From: Chrysomallon squamiferum | Taxonomy: Eukaryota > Animalia > Mollusca | Direction of reading: 5' to 3' | Assembly: GCA_012295275.1 (NCBI GenBank) | Contig: CM022677.1 | Location: forward strand, 186,001 to 250,000 | DNA length: 64,000 bases | Shown: positions 15,738 through 29,347 of the stretch, piece by piece | Layout: each line of letters opens with the position of its first letter | Numbering within the stretch: the first letter of the stretch is position 1 | Program-made: the position numbers and the translations under genes | Notes under the pieces: model-generated | The model's input: the letters and a program-made list of their open reading frames with translations, nothing else | The model's database searches: none | What the model was told of the DNA's origin: nothing

Positions 15738-15847
15738 TTATTTTTATTTTTTTTTATTATTATTTTTTTAAATGTTACAACAGCGAACACATCTACTATT
15801 TAACTCAGGTACGGACCTGAGTACAGAGGAATGTGGGTTTCACAAAG

Positions 15848-15885
<38 letters not shown>

Positions 15886-16190
15886 AAACAAAAGATCAGA
15901 TTTTGTGAAAATTTATAATAATAATAGTTTCTGTTTTCTGTCAAACGCTTATCAAAACAAAATCAGAATTTCCAGGTCCAGTGACCTCCATTTCATAAAA
16001 GGGCCCACCGGACTGTGCAAAGATTACAAATTATTAGATTACTGCAGATGTCAATGAAAACATCGAATTCAAAGAGCAAGAAAAGCCAGCCTAGACTGAT
16101 GCATTTTAAAACTTTGTTTGTTTGTTACACAAAACTCGTCATAGCTAATTATCTTAATTCTTAAATTTTAAAACTTTGTATGTTTGTTAT

Positions 16191-16262
<72 letters not shown>

Positions 16263-16346
16263 TGTGTTTTTTTCTAGCTACGTTCTTTGTTATACCAGCT
16301 TGTAGCACTGGTTTTCACTGAGATATATATATACAAAATTAATAAA

Positions 16347-16401
<55 letters not shown>

Positions 16402-16766
16402 CAGAACCCCCAAAAAACAAAACACTAGAAATAATTGTGATCATGGCCATCTAAAATGTTCTATTCGAGAAAACCAACACTATTGGAGGGTTGAAACCTT
16501 TCATACAGATCAAAAATGAACATACCCTGTCTGTCTATTTGCCGCTTTATAAGGCATAACTTAATATGTGATGATGGAATAGTTTAAATAGTTTATTGTT
16601 GTTATTATTATTATTAGTAGTAGTAGTAGTAGTAGAAGTAGTAACAGCAGCAGCAGCAGTAGCAGTAGTAGTAGCAGCAGCAGTTGTAGTAGTAATAGTA
16701 GCAGCAGTAGTAGTAGTACAGAACTGTTACTTTTATTAACAACTGCTAACATTATTTGAACAATGT

Positions 16767-16890
16767 CTTGAGAGGAAACCCGCTATAAAGAGAAACTTTC
16801 AAGGATATAACACTCGATAGTTCTCACTGGTACTGGATGTGATGTGGAAATACTTAGTGGATCCGCAGTGAACGTTCAAGTCTACACGAC
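16767..16890 (-). mobile_element. Highly degenerate SINE fragment (probably the same family as 38801-38903)
   Basis: GAGAGGAAACCCGCT followed by CACTGG..CTGGA..TGGATCC resembles the antisense of a remembered abundant gastropod SINE. Confidence 0.35.
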
Positions 16891-16969
16891 GATGTATTAT
16901 TGTAATTAAGCAAACTACTGAACGTCGAATCGAACATTTATTTCTTTGTTAATTTAAAAAATGATGATG

Positions 16970-17015
<46 letters not shown>

Positions 17016-19711
17016 GAATCATAATAAAGAAGAAGAAGAAAACACTTAAAATATGTAGAAAATAACATGACCAAATTTTAAGCAAACAAAGTTTGACATT
17101 CAGTCTACTTTTTGTTTTCTTTCAAAACAAACCAGTCAAATGTAACTTTCATATCTATTACCAGGTCCTAAACCTGTTCTATACAAAGATGTACATAAAT
17201 AATATAAATTGCTACTTTTGAATAAATAAATATATTTAAAAAATAAAATAAAATAAAATAAAGTAATATATATATATAAAAATCCTAACCTAATTTGCAA
17301 AAATAATCTGAAGTGTAGGATATTTTCAAATACATTTATTGAATTAACACTGAAAGGTTAATTTTGTCAATAAATATTAAATGAAATGAAATAATGATAA
17401 ACATACATAAAAAATCTGTATTGAAATTAAAAAGTATTTAAATCGAGTAAGAATTATATTTTATTTGTAAAAACAAAATTCCTAAATCAGACTTCTTTTA
17501 TCTATTCATGAATCTTAATAAGTCTTAAATCTAACTCTAAACCTACCCTCAGCCAATCCTCACTCACACTTTTTATTATTGTTGAATTTAACTCAGTGAT
17601 AATTATTTTGAATGAAGATAATGTCTTAGATCTCTCTCTCTCTCATGAATGTATTATCATTCAGTCTCATTTTGTCAAAAATATGATTCGCTCTCCTGAG
17701 ATAAGACTGATTTCTAGTGAAATGTCAGTAATAACAGCTAAACACTGAATTTGTTAATCACTGTTCCCCTCCACTTTACCTTATGAAGTTGTCTATGACT
17801 CTAGCTTAAATTAAAAATATAAATAACAAAACTCAGAATAATTTAAAAATTTGTTTGGAAGGAGAAAACAGGATTTAAATAAACATTTAAAACTACCTAT
17901 TTTAAATCTTTGAATACAATTACCTGTCATAAATAAAAAGAAAAGCCTGTATCAAAAGTGTCAGCAATAAGACTTGAATCACTTTAGTTATTTTGTGTAA
18001 TATGTGTAATGACTGGTTCCACATATTGTCTGTAACAGAAAGATATACAGATAGAGAGATAGATAGATAGACAGATATACAGATAAACAGACAGATAGAA
18101 AAATAGACTAAACAATTTAAATATTATATTCTGCAACAGGAAACAACAAAATTTTTCAGTCATTTGAAATGCAAGTAAAATTCAAAATTATAGATCTCTA
18201 TGCAAAGTTTTTATGGTGTTTTCTGAATATGTACACACCAAACAAATGAATAATAGTACCATTATTACAGTAACCCCTCAATTACTTATGCAAAATATGG
18301 TATAAGATGTATCTGAACTTTCAAACTAAAAGTATTTAAACATTTTTTTAAATGTTTTAAAGTGCTGAGAGGCGCCAAGATTTCTGATTGATCCAATACA
18401 AGTGTATTAATAAAATAAAAAGAAAAAACATTAGGTTAGAACAAATTTAGAAATTTCTAAACAACTTGACATATAATATAATCTAATATAATATAAGCTG
18501 CAAATTAATCATTAAGAAAAGATATTCCAAACAACATATATTCTTCCATTTTATGTTTTATTAATATATGTTTTTATAAATCTTTACCAGTAGATACAAA
18601 AAAATAACAATAATAATAAAGTTATCTCTTTTGAGCTATACGATTTGTAGTTTTTCAAAACAGTAAATCAAGGATTTCTATATCAGTCATTTTTTAAATA
18701 ATTTCTTTTTCAAACACTTGACTGTCTGGTCCAAACTTTCTGTCTGCTGGTCTATGTCTGTCTGTATCTTGCATGAATGACACTTTGAATCTGAAATCAG
18801 TTTCACAGATTTATAAATTCTTCAGTAAGTGCAGTCCACATAACAGGTAACTGTTTTTAAAATATTACTTTTAGTGTGGAACTTTCTAAAAGCTCTCAAA
18901 TTCTTCAAGAATTCAGTTCATCATATTTGTTGTGGTTTTATCTTCTGCTGTTTCTTCTGATTAGTTTGTTCAGTACGGTGAGAAAACTTGAAGAACTTGG
19001 AGATAAACACAAGTCACTTAGAATCAATGTCACTTCTCACATTTTCTTTTATTCTCAAAACAAGCTTATGAAAAAGGACCCTGGAGAAAACAAAATTATT
19101 ATTCAAATTAAAATAATATTCAGAGTTGTATAAACAATATTATAGAATTTAACACATACAATGAAGGTTGATATAATTCAAATGGGATGGGTTGTCACTT
19201 AATTATTTTAATGAATTTTTACTTACTGTTAAAAAGCCATTTATTCCATGGACAAAATCAGTTTAATTTAGCATTGCATTTCATTTCATTTCGTTTATTT
19301 AATTGTGAATCATTTCACACATTACATTTTATTTCATTTTATTCCATTAATTTTATTAGATTTTATCATTATTTCATTTCTTTTATTTCAGTTCAGTTCA
19401 GTTTGTTCAGTTCAATTGAATTATTGTACTGTATTGTGTTGTGTTGTTGTGTATTGTACTTCACAGTATTTCATTTCATTTATTTTATTTTATTGTATTG
19501 CACTGTATCTCACTGCATTTCATTTCAATGTATATCACTTCATTTTATTGATTTCACTGTATTTTATTTGATTGAATTAAATTCACGGTAAATGTATGTC
19601 TTAGGAGGTTTGTGTATGTGCATGTTTCATGTGCGTGAATATTTGCATGTGCATGTGAATCTTTGCATGTACACTAGTTGATGTGTTTGTGATATATTAA
19701 TATTCATATAT

Positions 19712-21628
19712 CTCTACAAATAATTTTGTCGGTTTCCCATTTATAACTGTCCATACAGGTACATGTGTAGCCTCCATCTTAGTAGTTACAGTTCTGAGTA
19801 GAAATATTTTTGAATTACATTCATTTATATCTGAAAGAGAGAAACAGATAAATTATATCTCAATCATTAACAACCATTAAACTTTTGACAGGTTTCTGAA
19901 ATTACTCAAATATCATTTACCCACAGATTATTTATAAGAAATATATTAACCGAAACTTAAAATTCATAGATTCTGAGAGGTTTTGAGCATTTCTAAAATT
20001 AATCAAGTTTAAGTTCCACATATATAACTATTATTAATAAAAATAAAAATTATTCATAAATTCTGACAAGTTTCTGAAATAGTATTAACTGCTTTGAAAT
20101 TTTTCTTAATTCCAGAACTGAGAATTTTAACTTAACTATTTGAACAGCACAAAAACTTCCAATGCATACATAAGCTGCAAACTGATTTCTGAATATGTAA
20201 AGAGCATGACATTATAAATAATAAAAAAAAAAAACCTGATAATGGTAGAAATGCTGGCCATTCAGATTCAAAGAGATAACTCTTAAACTCGAAATACGAA
20301 TAAACTAAGAATGCTTGAAGTGAACAATTTAACCTCATTTTTATAACTTTATTTTGTCATAACTAAAATAATTTATAATTTTATTACATTCTGACACAAA
20401 TGAAAATAAAATAGTTTATAATTTTATCAAATGTTGTCACATTTAAATAAAAAAAATTATTTTTTTTTTTTTTCATTTTGTTAAAAACTAATGTGACTTA
20501 ACCTGCAAAAAATAAAGTTAGTACAAGGTTTGTTTTGGTTTCTTTTTTGTTGTTTTTAAAAATGTTAATTTCTTAGTCACTGAAAGTTGATTTTATGATT
20601 TTCAGTGTTAAATAAACATTCTCTTAATTTTGAATAAAAAATTATTAACAAGTATAAAATGATATTTTTATTATTTTATTTGTTTATTACATTTTAATGC
20701 AGATAAAGTTAATGTTGTGACTGAGGTATTAATTAACTCATTTCTGTGTAAATATCAGACTAAAACATCCATTCTGATTTCTTTGGTAATTAAAATCACA
20801 GAACGATGTACAAAATTCATCAATCATTTGTATCATTTAACTATTTTTTTTAAGTAAAAAGTAATAATTTTTGGGAATATCACTATTTATAAAGTAATAA
20901 GCAATCGTTTTGAGCATACAACTATTTATTAAATACAAATAACTTTGTAACATTTGTAAATCATTTGTAACATAGCTATTTATTAAATAATAAGAAATCA
21001 TTTGTAACATATAACTCTTTATGAAATAAAATGTTATAATTTCAACTTGTTATCAAATTTTTAATATTGAGTAAATTAACTTTTTATTAAATATATCCTA
21101 CTCACCTGCACTTTCATCTGACAAGTTGTGATACCTCAAATGATAGGAGGCTGGCAGGCTTTTGCAGTTGCTGTTTGCTCGACATGAAACTGTTGAAACA
21201 CTACATTCATCTCTGTTGTTTTCACATCACACACCACCCAGCCAGCATTACACTGACAATGGTCTGAGAGGAAAAATAAAATTTAAATTTAAAATAAATA
21301 AATTAAATTAAAATCAAACTTTAGTGTAAGTATTTTTTTATAAAACAAAATTTAAAAAATTATATTAAATGTATAATCTAAATAAGATCAGAAATTTCTA
21401 ATTTTACAGAATAAATTGCTTCAAATTTCAAAATATAATTATATTTTTAAAATATTTAAAAATTAATTTTTATATTATTGTATCTAGTAATGAGAAATTC
21501 TGCTTACTAACACATGTCTGATCATTCTCAAGTTTCTTCCCAGCCAGACAGGAACAAGTGAATCCTCTGATTCTGTTAGTACAAGTATCAGTATACTTAG
21601 TAATACTGGCTTCAACTGATGTACACTC
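19712..21628 (-). pseudogene. Three degenerate calcium-binding EGF-domain exons (21628-21508, 21263-21106, 19830-19712) from a fibrillin/mucin-like EGF-repeat gene
   Basis: Translations: ECTSVEASITKYTDTCTNRIRGFTCSCLAGKKLENDQTCV|gtaag; HCQCNAGW..CENNRDECSVSTVSCRANSNCKSLPASYH..|gtgag; DINECNS/STQNCNY*DGGYTCTCMDSYKWETDKIICR. Splice signals partly kept; frameshifts and a stop present. Confidence 0.8.
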
Positions 21629-22399
21629 AGTTAGATCTAAATACTACTATTACTACTAATAATACTAATAAAGTAAAAAGCTTATTTCAATATTTGTCAA
21701 ACCAAGGACTCTTTCATCTGAGACAAGACTTGCACTTTTTGCTACAGTTCAAAGAAAAAAAAAATGCTAACCTTTCTTGTACTTTTAGTAGTAACCATAG
21801 TGACATAAACTGCCTTCAGCTTTATGACAAATCGGTTCCCAAGTCAAACCCTGACTTCTACATTCTCAGTCTGAAACAAAAGTAATTTATTATTTTAAAG
21901 ACTTTTTGGGGTTTCTTTTTTCTTCATTTTTTAAAATCAGTTTTATGTTTACCTCAAGTAAATATTAACATAAAATGCATTTAAAACAGCATCAGTTCAA
22001 AAATGATAATGACCTTTTTTATCATTTGAAAAAAATTATAGAAGTAATTAATGATAGATATAAACTGCTGTCTAATTGTTCACTTAAACATACCTAATTA
22101 ATAGTGATAAAATTAAAATAATATTAATATTAAAACATTCTCAGGTGGCATTAAGTAATTTATAAAATCTGGTAGTAATCTGAATTACTTGACATTATAC
22201 CCAGCATCTGTTTACAAACATGTTGAGCACATCTGAGTCTGTACAAATTTATCTTAACTGCCAGGACTGAAGAAGTGAATGTTCTTCACTGAACACATGG
22301 TCAAGCGGTCATTCTTGGCCTTTTTTTCTGGTCAGCAGAAGGCTTGTTTATCTCTGAGAATAAATTGCGACCAAAGTTCCGTTTCGGCGACTGGGATGG

Positions 22400-23152
22400 T
22401 GAAAGTTAATTTGCCAACATCGGTTTATAAACACTAACTTTCTAGACCGGATAGGCATGGAGTTATCTGTAGTCTTGATAAACAAAACCGTGAATCTCGC
22501 TGACCCAGTATCGTAAAACTGATCGTGACCGTTCGGTTCATCTCGGCCGAATAGACGGAGACAATCGAGTCTTCTGTATATACAACAGAATCCGTTCTCC
22601 TCACAAAAAGGCCTGGTAGCAAAAAATAATAATAATTAAAATAAATAAATAAATAAATAAAATAAAAGGCAATCATATATCTGTTTCATTTAAACTTAAT
22701 TTTTAACCCTGCGGAAGTGTTTTGTTTTGTGGTGATGGTTTCGGGGGTGGGGGTTGTTTGTTTTTTAAGAATAGATATAACTGCTTTTTATCCCGTTTTT
22801 TGTTTTCTGTTTTGTTTTTTGTGTTTTCTTTTTAAATTATTTTAATTTATTTTATTAATTTATTTTATTTATTTTTTATTTTTTAAAAGTTATTATCGCA
22901 ATTATTTATTTATTTATTTATTTATATTAACAATATTTATAATTATTATGTTTATTTTTCTTAATTTCATTTTTAGCTCAGAAATGAATACATTATAATT
23001 GTCCTAATTTGTAAAATCTGAGTTTATTAATAATTGTAAATACATACTTGAGATAATCTGACACAGAATTACTTCTTCAAGCACCACAAGTTATACTGTG
23101 GCTGCGACAACAGACAGGAAATTACATGCTGGTCTCAAACTAGAATTAATAT
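22400..23152 (-). pseudogene. Degenerate exons (23152-23048, 22612-about 22400), possibly cadherin-domain
   Basis: AG acceptors on both and a GTATGT donor on the first. Frameshifted translations LLSQPQYN/LVVLEEV, VYSAEMNRTVTISFTILGQRDSRF and IKTTDNSMPIRSRKLVFI resemble cadherin motifs (F.Q..Y...V.E; A.D.G.P..S...V.I). Confidence 0.3.
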
Positions 23153-23799
23153 CTACAAATTTTGTAATAATTTTTGTAAGAATAAACAAATTAATTACTT
23201 CTTAAATACTAAATAAAATTAGGTTGAGGTCAGACCAGTCTCGATAAACCATGATGTTTCGAACATACACGGATTCGAATGTATGCTACGCTTTTCAAAC
23301 CAGTATGAACTAACGCTTGACAGCCAGTTTATTTTTTATTTTTAATTCGATAACGTTTTACTTGTTGATTATTCAATTTAATTGACTGTTGGAAATATTT
23401 CACGAGAATCCAAATGTATTCTGATGTTTTATGTTTGTGCGAATCCAAGCGTGAATCGGATGCGGAGATATACGCACATTTTCAGCCATGGAACGAGGTA
23501 AACATGATGTAATTTGTCATTGTATGTGTGAGAGAACAGAAACTGAGAGAGAGGTATTCACTATATTAGTATATACACTGTATACAGTAATATATTATAC
23601 ACTATAATCGTATTGTCAGAGAGAGAGAGAGAGTGTTTGTATGAGTGTGTGTGTTGGCAATTCCATATGTAAATAAATGTATTAATAAACTGAGAAAAAT
23701 GCATTTATTTGATAAATATAGATTGATAACAAAAAATATCATGTTCTTACAAAAAATAATAAGTATTATATTTACTGTTGCTGTTGCTATTTTACGTAG

Positions 23800-25935
23800 G
23801 TCACTGCATTATTATTTAGGTCTGTCAAAAAAGGGAATTTACATCATGGAGAAGGGTGAATCACCTGTTACAGAAATAATTCTTATGCAGACTGTACCAT
23901 TCTGAGTTGTGAGTTTTTAATTTTATTTTTGTGTCTTAGAGAATAAAATACGTTTTGTAGAAACTCTTTAATGATTATGAAATAGTGTAATAATAATTAC
24001 TTGTTTTGTTAATTATTATTTTATTATTATCATTATAATGATTATTCATTACTCAATAAAATTATTTATTAATAACAAAGTACATTAAAAATATCCCACA
24101 GCCCATTGTGGATGAATAATCCAGTAACTGATACCAGTACAATTTATGTTTTAATTAGTTAATAATAACAGAAATATTTGCTATTTATTTATAATTTTAA
24201 TTTATTTATTTATTTTGTTTTCTTCAGTATGCACATTTAGCTCCAACTGATGTGCTGATGGTGGCATATGTCAGTGAAGTTGTTTCAGTAGAATGTGCTG
24301 TCCAAACCATCAGGTATACTGTCTTATTTATACTTATACTTATTTATTTATTTTTAACTTTTTTGTTATATTGTTAATTACTAAAAAAAAAAAAAAAAAA
24401 AAAAAATCTTCCTTGACTAAAATGAGTTTGTCTGTGTTAAAGTTTATTTAGTTTCTTTATTTTATAATTTGGACAATATATGGTAAATATTCAGTTCTAG
24501 TGTATATACTGAATTATGTTTTTACCTATGTAAGTAAAATGTTATTATTTAAATGGATGGTTTCAGACTTTAAAAGATCCATATATAAATTATAATGGTA
24601 TGCTACCAATAAAGAAAGTATTTAAAAACATTCATCCTTCTGCTTTGACTATTAACAAATAGCTGAAAAGAAGGAGAATATTTATAGTTACACATGTAAA
24701 GGTATGAATGTATGAGAGAAAGAGAGAGAGGATGAAGGAATGGAGAGTCAGACAGAGAGGGAGAATGATAATGATGTGTGGGGTGCATATTTTGTATAAT
24801 TTACATCAGACTTTAAATTCAGCATTTTGAACAAGCAATTTTAAATCTTTCAGAGTAATTACAACTTTTAACACAGCCAGTGAACTTCCATCAGGCACTG
24901 AGGACACAATTATTTTCTGGTTAAATAAAGTTTGTACTGCTGCATCACAAAAGAAAAAATCTGGGCAGGGAATTTGAGTTTGATTTCTTATATATTTCTT
25001 ATTATTATAAATCTAATGAAATTTAATTTAATTTAATATATGAAGTTACAGTTTGTAAATAATATATTTATAAGTACATTGCACATACATATACACACAC
25101 TCACATACACACACAAACAAGGACATGCATATATATACACATTATATTAGTATCTTGCAACACACTACACTTTATACCATGTACATTTGTCTCATCTACC
25201 CCCAACACACAGATATACTTACAGTCATATAAATGTAATTATTGTGTGGTAAATTTCAATATTTATAAAAAGAAAAAAGAAAGACGCATCATACTTTATG
25301 AGTATTTTAAAATGTTTAGTGTTCCAGTTACCAGATTGAAACTGCCAGCCTTTCAGACAGTGTGACTGTTCCTGTGATGACAGACATACTAAAAGATGTA
25401 GGAGATGGACGTGCTGCATCTGTTTGAAGTGTCTAGTTTTCATGGTTTGTTAAATAACAAATTTTTTTATAAATAAAATAATAAATCACATAACAACTTT
25501 AAAATTAGCATAAAGTAAATTTATGACTCTTAGTATCAAGTTAAGAGAGGAGTGGGGGTTACTGGGGGTATTTTTAATTTTATATTTTGATCTCTCTCTC
25601 TCTCTGTCTGTCTGTCAGTTGTTACATCCTTATGATCCTTCTTAACCTGTTTTACTGTATTATTTATTATTAAATATTAATTGCCTCATCATTATATGTT
25701 TTCTTCAGATATAAGTTTGAAAGATGGGTTAGGAATAGCTAATTCTTTATATAACCATCTAAACATTCTGGGAACAGCATCTTCCCATCAACTTTTTCCA
25801 TTTCACCTATGAGGATCTCCTGTACACACGAGAAAGTGCACAAACCTCTTAGCCTTTCTCACAGAGCTGTTCTTCGCAATACTAAGAATAAGAAAAGCAG
25901 ATTAGAGCAAGAAGAGTCTGTAATAATAAGTAAAG
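23800..25935 (+). pseudogene. CAMSAP: CAMSAP/Patronin CH-domain pseudogene fragment, copy 1 (exons 23800-23908, 24228-24313, 24854-about 24975, 25335-25444, 25709-about 25935)
   Basis: Exons translate to LSKKGIYIMEKGESPVTE..PF*V / YAHLAPTDVLMVAYVSEVVSVECAVQTIR / ITTFNTASELPSGTEDTIIFWLNKV / VPVMTDILKDVGDGRAA / ISLKDGLGIANSLYN..FHFTYEDLLYT..NLLAFLTELFF. This is collinear with remembered CAMSAP1 (LSRKGIYVMESDDTPV..SAHMAMVDALMMAY..ELPYDLEDAMVFWINKV..DLMRDGSDG..ICLKEVTSMADSLYN..EDMLY..FIAELFW). Stops, deletions and frameshifts present. Confidence 0.88.
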
Positions 25936-26319
25936 TAACTGTAGTATAAAAATAGCTTGATGACTTAGCATTTTTTTCATACTTCCATTAGCATTTTTTC
26001 ATTTCTTTTTAGCTTATATTTGTACTAGAGGTTTTGTTTTGAACATGCCAGAATACAGTCTGCTTTATTTTGTTTTCATTTGAAAGTTTAAAAATTAATT
26101 GGTGAAAAATCTGGTGATACAACATTCATAAATGGAAAAACAGATTTTAAATAGTTTTTGAATAAATATGATAAATGGCTGTTTATTTTTATTATTATTT
26201 GTTATTCTTATTACCTCATTTAAAAGTGTATACCTGTCCAAGCAAATAATTAGTTTTTAATTGTGTTCATGACAGTCACTTGCTTTTCAAAAGAAAAGTG
26301 AATTTTCTAAATTATAATA

Positions 26320-27155
26320 TACTCTAACGAAAAAGAAACGCAAAAGTAGATTTTATTGACATTGGGAATATCTATCTAATGGATCAACAGAAAGCTGCAG
26401 AATGTTCACATTTTACACACACTTTCACAATTTATTAATATTGATGGTATTACATTGAAGAGGTTAAAGTTCAAGCTTATAACAATACCTTGTGTGCTAA
26501 CCATGGGAGTCCAGAACTGTCTGACCCCTCCTTCCTATGGCAGTAATGACATTACCAATTACACCTTGTGGAATGGTGGCCCACACTGTCTGTAGTAATA
26601 ATGTCAGCTGAGCACCATTCTGTGGCTGTAGTTTATCTGCCTCAGTTGTCTATCCAACTCGTCCCATACATTTTCATAATGGTTCAAATCTGGAGATTTA
26701 GAGAGCCTGGGCAGGACCTGAATGTTATTGTTGTGTAGGTACGCTGTTGTGAGTCTGGCTGTATGTGGTCTCGCTTTATTCATCTCGGTATCTCTGTGCC
26801 ATTAAGTTGCCTTGGATGTGAACCAGGTTGGTCCTGCCAGTGTATGAGATTGCTGCTCACACCATCAAACTACCACCGCCAAATCTGTCCGCTTCCTGTA
26901 TGCAGTTTGCAGCAAAACATTCACCAGGACGTCTGTAAACTCGACATCTTCCATCAGCTCGACGAAGCAGAAATCGAGCCTCGTCACTAAACCAGACAGT
27001 TCTCCATCGTAACTGAGGCCAGACTCTGTGCACTTGACACCACTGATGTTGTAGTCGATGATGTTGTTGAGTCAAAACCACTCTTCTTACAGGCTGTCTG
27101 GCTTGAATACGATTGCGCACTGTCTGAGCTGATATTCTATGCAGACTACTAATAG
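26320..27155 (-). mobile_element. Tc1/mariner (DD34E-type) transposon remnant, 5'-truncated, left-arm copy
   Basis: RISAQTVRNR..ARQPVRRVVLTQQH..WRTVWFSDEARFLL..GRCRVYRRPGE..DRFGGGSLMV and downstream VLPRLSKSPDLNHYENVWDEL. One TIR (TA-TACTCTAACGAAAAAGAAACGCA) at about 26320. Confidence 0.9.
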
Positions 27156-27784
27156 AAAAGTCATTTTGGTATTTTATTTTGTAAATCACTGTTACCCCAG
27201 TGCAGTAGGTCTCCCAGCCCTGTACCAAGTACAAGGTACACACCTAGTTTATGTGTGTTGCTCCTACAGTGACAAGAATGTCATGAAAATTAGTATTATG
27301 TTTGGTGGTGAGTAATCTACTCAAAATAATACTCAAGCAAATAATATTGTTTTGAGTTATTAAGTGATCTGCACTTATAAAGTATAATCTTTTATTTTGT
27401 ATTTTGTATTTATTACTATTTGCATGTAATATATAAAAGAGCATTTTGAGAGATAATTTAATGTTTTCACTAGGATTTATTTATGTTTCAGTATTTTTAA
27501 GTTCAACTTTGTTTTATTCAGAGCCTGAAGTATGATCAAGAAATGATTTATTGTTATTTCATTTACGTTAATGGTGTATTTTAGTAATGGATCTAGATGA
27601 GTGATTTTAGGAAATCTGTAGAACTGTTTGTTTAGGAAATTCCAAGCTTCTGTCAGGTGTTTTCTTATTGTATGGATTGCAGCACTTTACTTTTTTATTT
27701 TTAGTAGGTCTCACTCATGTGTTTCCATCTTATCTGGACTATAAATAATAATGGATAGCTTGAAAATATAAAAAATTTTATTTT

Positions 27785-27820
<36 letters not shown>

Positions 27821-28560
27821 CCCTTAGAAGGATTGTAAAAGGATATAGTATATGTTATGTTTTCATTGATCAGTAACATATTTTGTTTTGTCTTCCCACA
27901 TTTTATTTCTTTTAGAATTAACTTTACATTGTTCTTTAAAATGGTTTTACATATTAATTATATCAGGTTTATTAATCAGTTTTAGGAACAACAATATAGT
28001 TATTTAAATGTACTAATTCATTTTGTATTCATGCTTAAAATTAAAGAAAATGTTCAACTGCATTTTTCGTTTTTCTTCTGATTAAATTAACAATTAATTA
28101 CATTTAAATATTTACACTGTTTGTCTTCTTTGATGATTTTATTTTTTATACTGATAATTTTATATGAATGTTTCATAAAGCATGCCCATTTGCTTGATAT
28201 TTTAAATGTTAAGTTTAGCTTGTACAGAATCAATGTAATAATTTACATGCCAGCCTAATAGAGCAATGAACAGAACAGTTGTATAAATTTGTCAATTGCC
28301 ATTTTTAATATCTCTCTCTAATCTCAGAAAAAAGATAGATTTAATAGAGGTGAAAGATATTTACAATATTAATCTGATTGAAATTAAGAATATAAAAACC
28401 TTTAATAAAATATTTTAATTTTAAATTAAATGGAAAAAATACAAATTTGGACTAAAATTCTTCTTGATAAGAGAGTGAAATGCAGTTAGAGCTCACAACA
28501 AATGCTTTTTTCACTTTATTTTATGTTTTGTTTATTAATGAATATTATATTTTGTTGTAG

Positions 28561-28633
28561 GATCCTAGACAACAGATTCAAGCTACCTTAGCCAGCATTC
28601 AGTGGGAAATGTTGTAAGACCCATTTTCAGAAA
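28561..28633 (+). pseudogene. Truncated exon of an unidentified gene (longer copy at 61593-about 61273 on the minus strand)
   Basis: TTGTAG acceptor then DPRQQIQA(T/A)LAS. The right-arm copy continues TSVENVVRPIFRKDSPESYYITVFQEKICLKCN*. Confidence 0.4.
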
Positions 28634-29304
28634 CAATGAATTTTTCAGTTTGTTAAATAAGAAATATAATTACAATAACATTTTAAGACAAAACTAAACA
28701 CCACTTTTTTAACATTGAATTCTAATAATGAATTATAGTGACATATGCCTTTAAAATTTTGTATTATGAACCCATTTCACTTTTATTTGATGTCATAATG
28801 AAGCCATAATCAAGCAAATTAATTTTTATTTCTTTAAATTTTATTATTATTATTATTATTATTATTATAGACATACATAACTTCATTTTCATTTCTTTAA
28901 AATAAAAATTACTGGAAATCTATTTTAAAAAAGACTTGGTTTTACTAAAATTATTTTTTAATCTGATTAATTTCAGCTATCTACAGATATCTTTTATCTC
29001 TATTTTTATATCATTTTTCTAGGGTTTTTTTAAAAGACAACAACAGTCAAAACACTTGTATTTATTTATACATAAATAAGGACACTGTCTTTCACATGCA
29101 CCAGTTCTCTGACAACAAACACATTAACTCTTTCTCACAGATAACATGTACGTAACAACTCAACCTTTCACATTCACATCTGTCTGTCTTTCTCTCTGTA
29201 TCTATGTCTGCATCGATTTCTCCTACATATCCATGCCTCAGATAACACAAAAATTCTAATTTCCTTCAGTACACACATACACACATACACTTGCACACAA
29301 CTTG

Positions 29305-29347
<43 letters not shown>

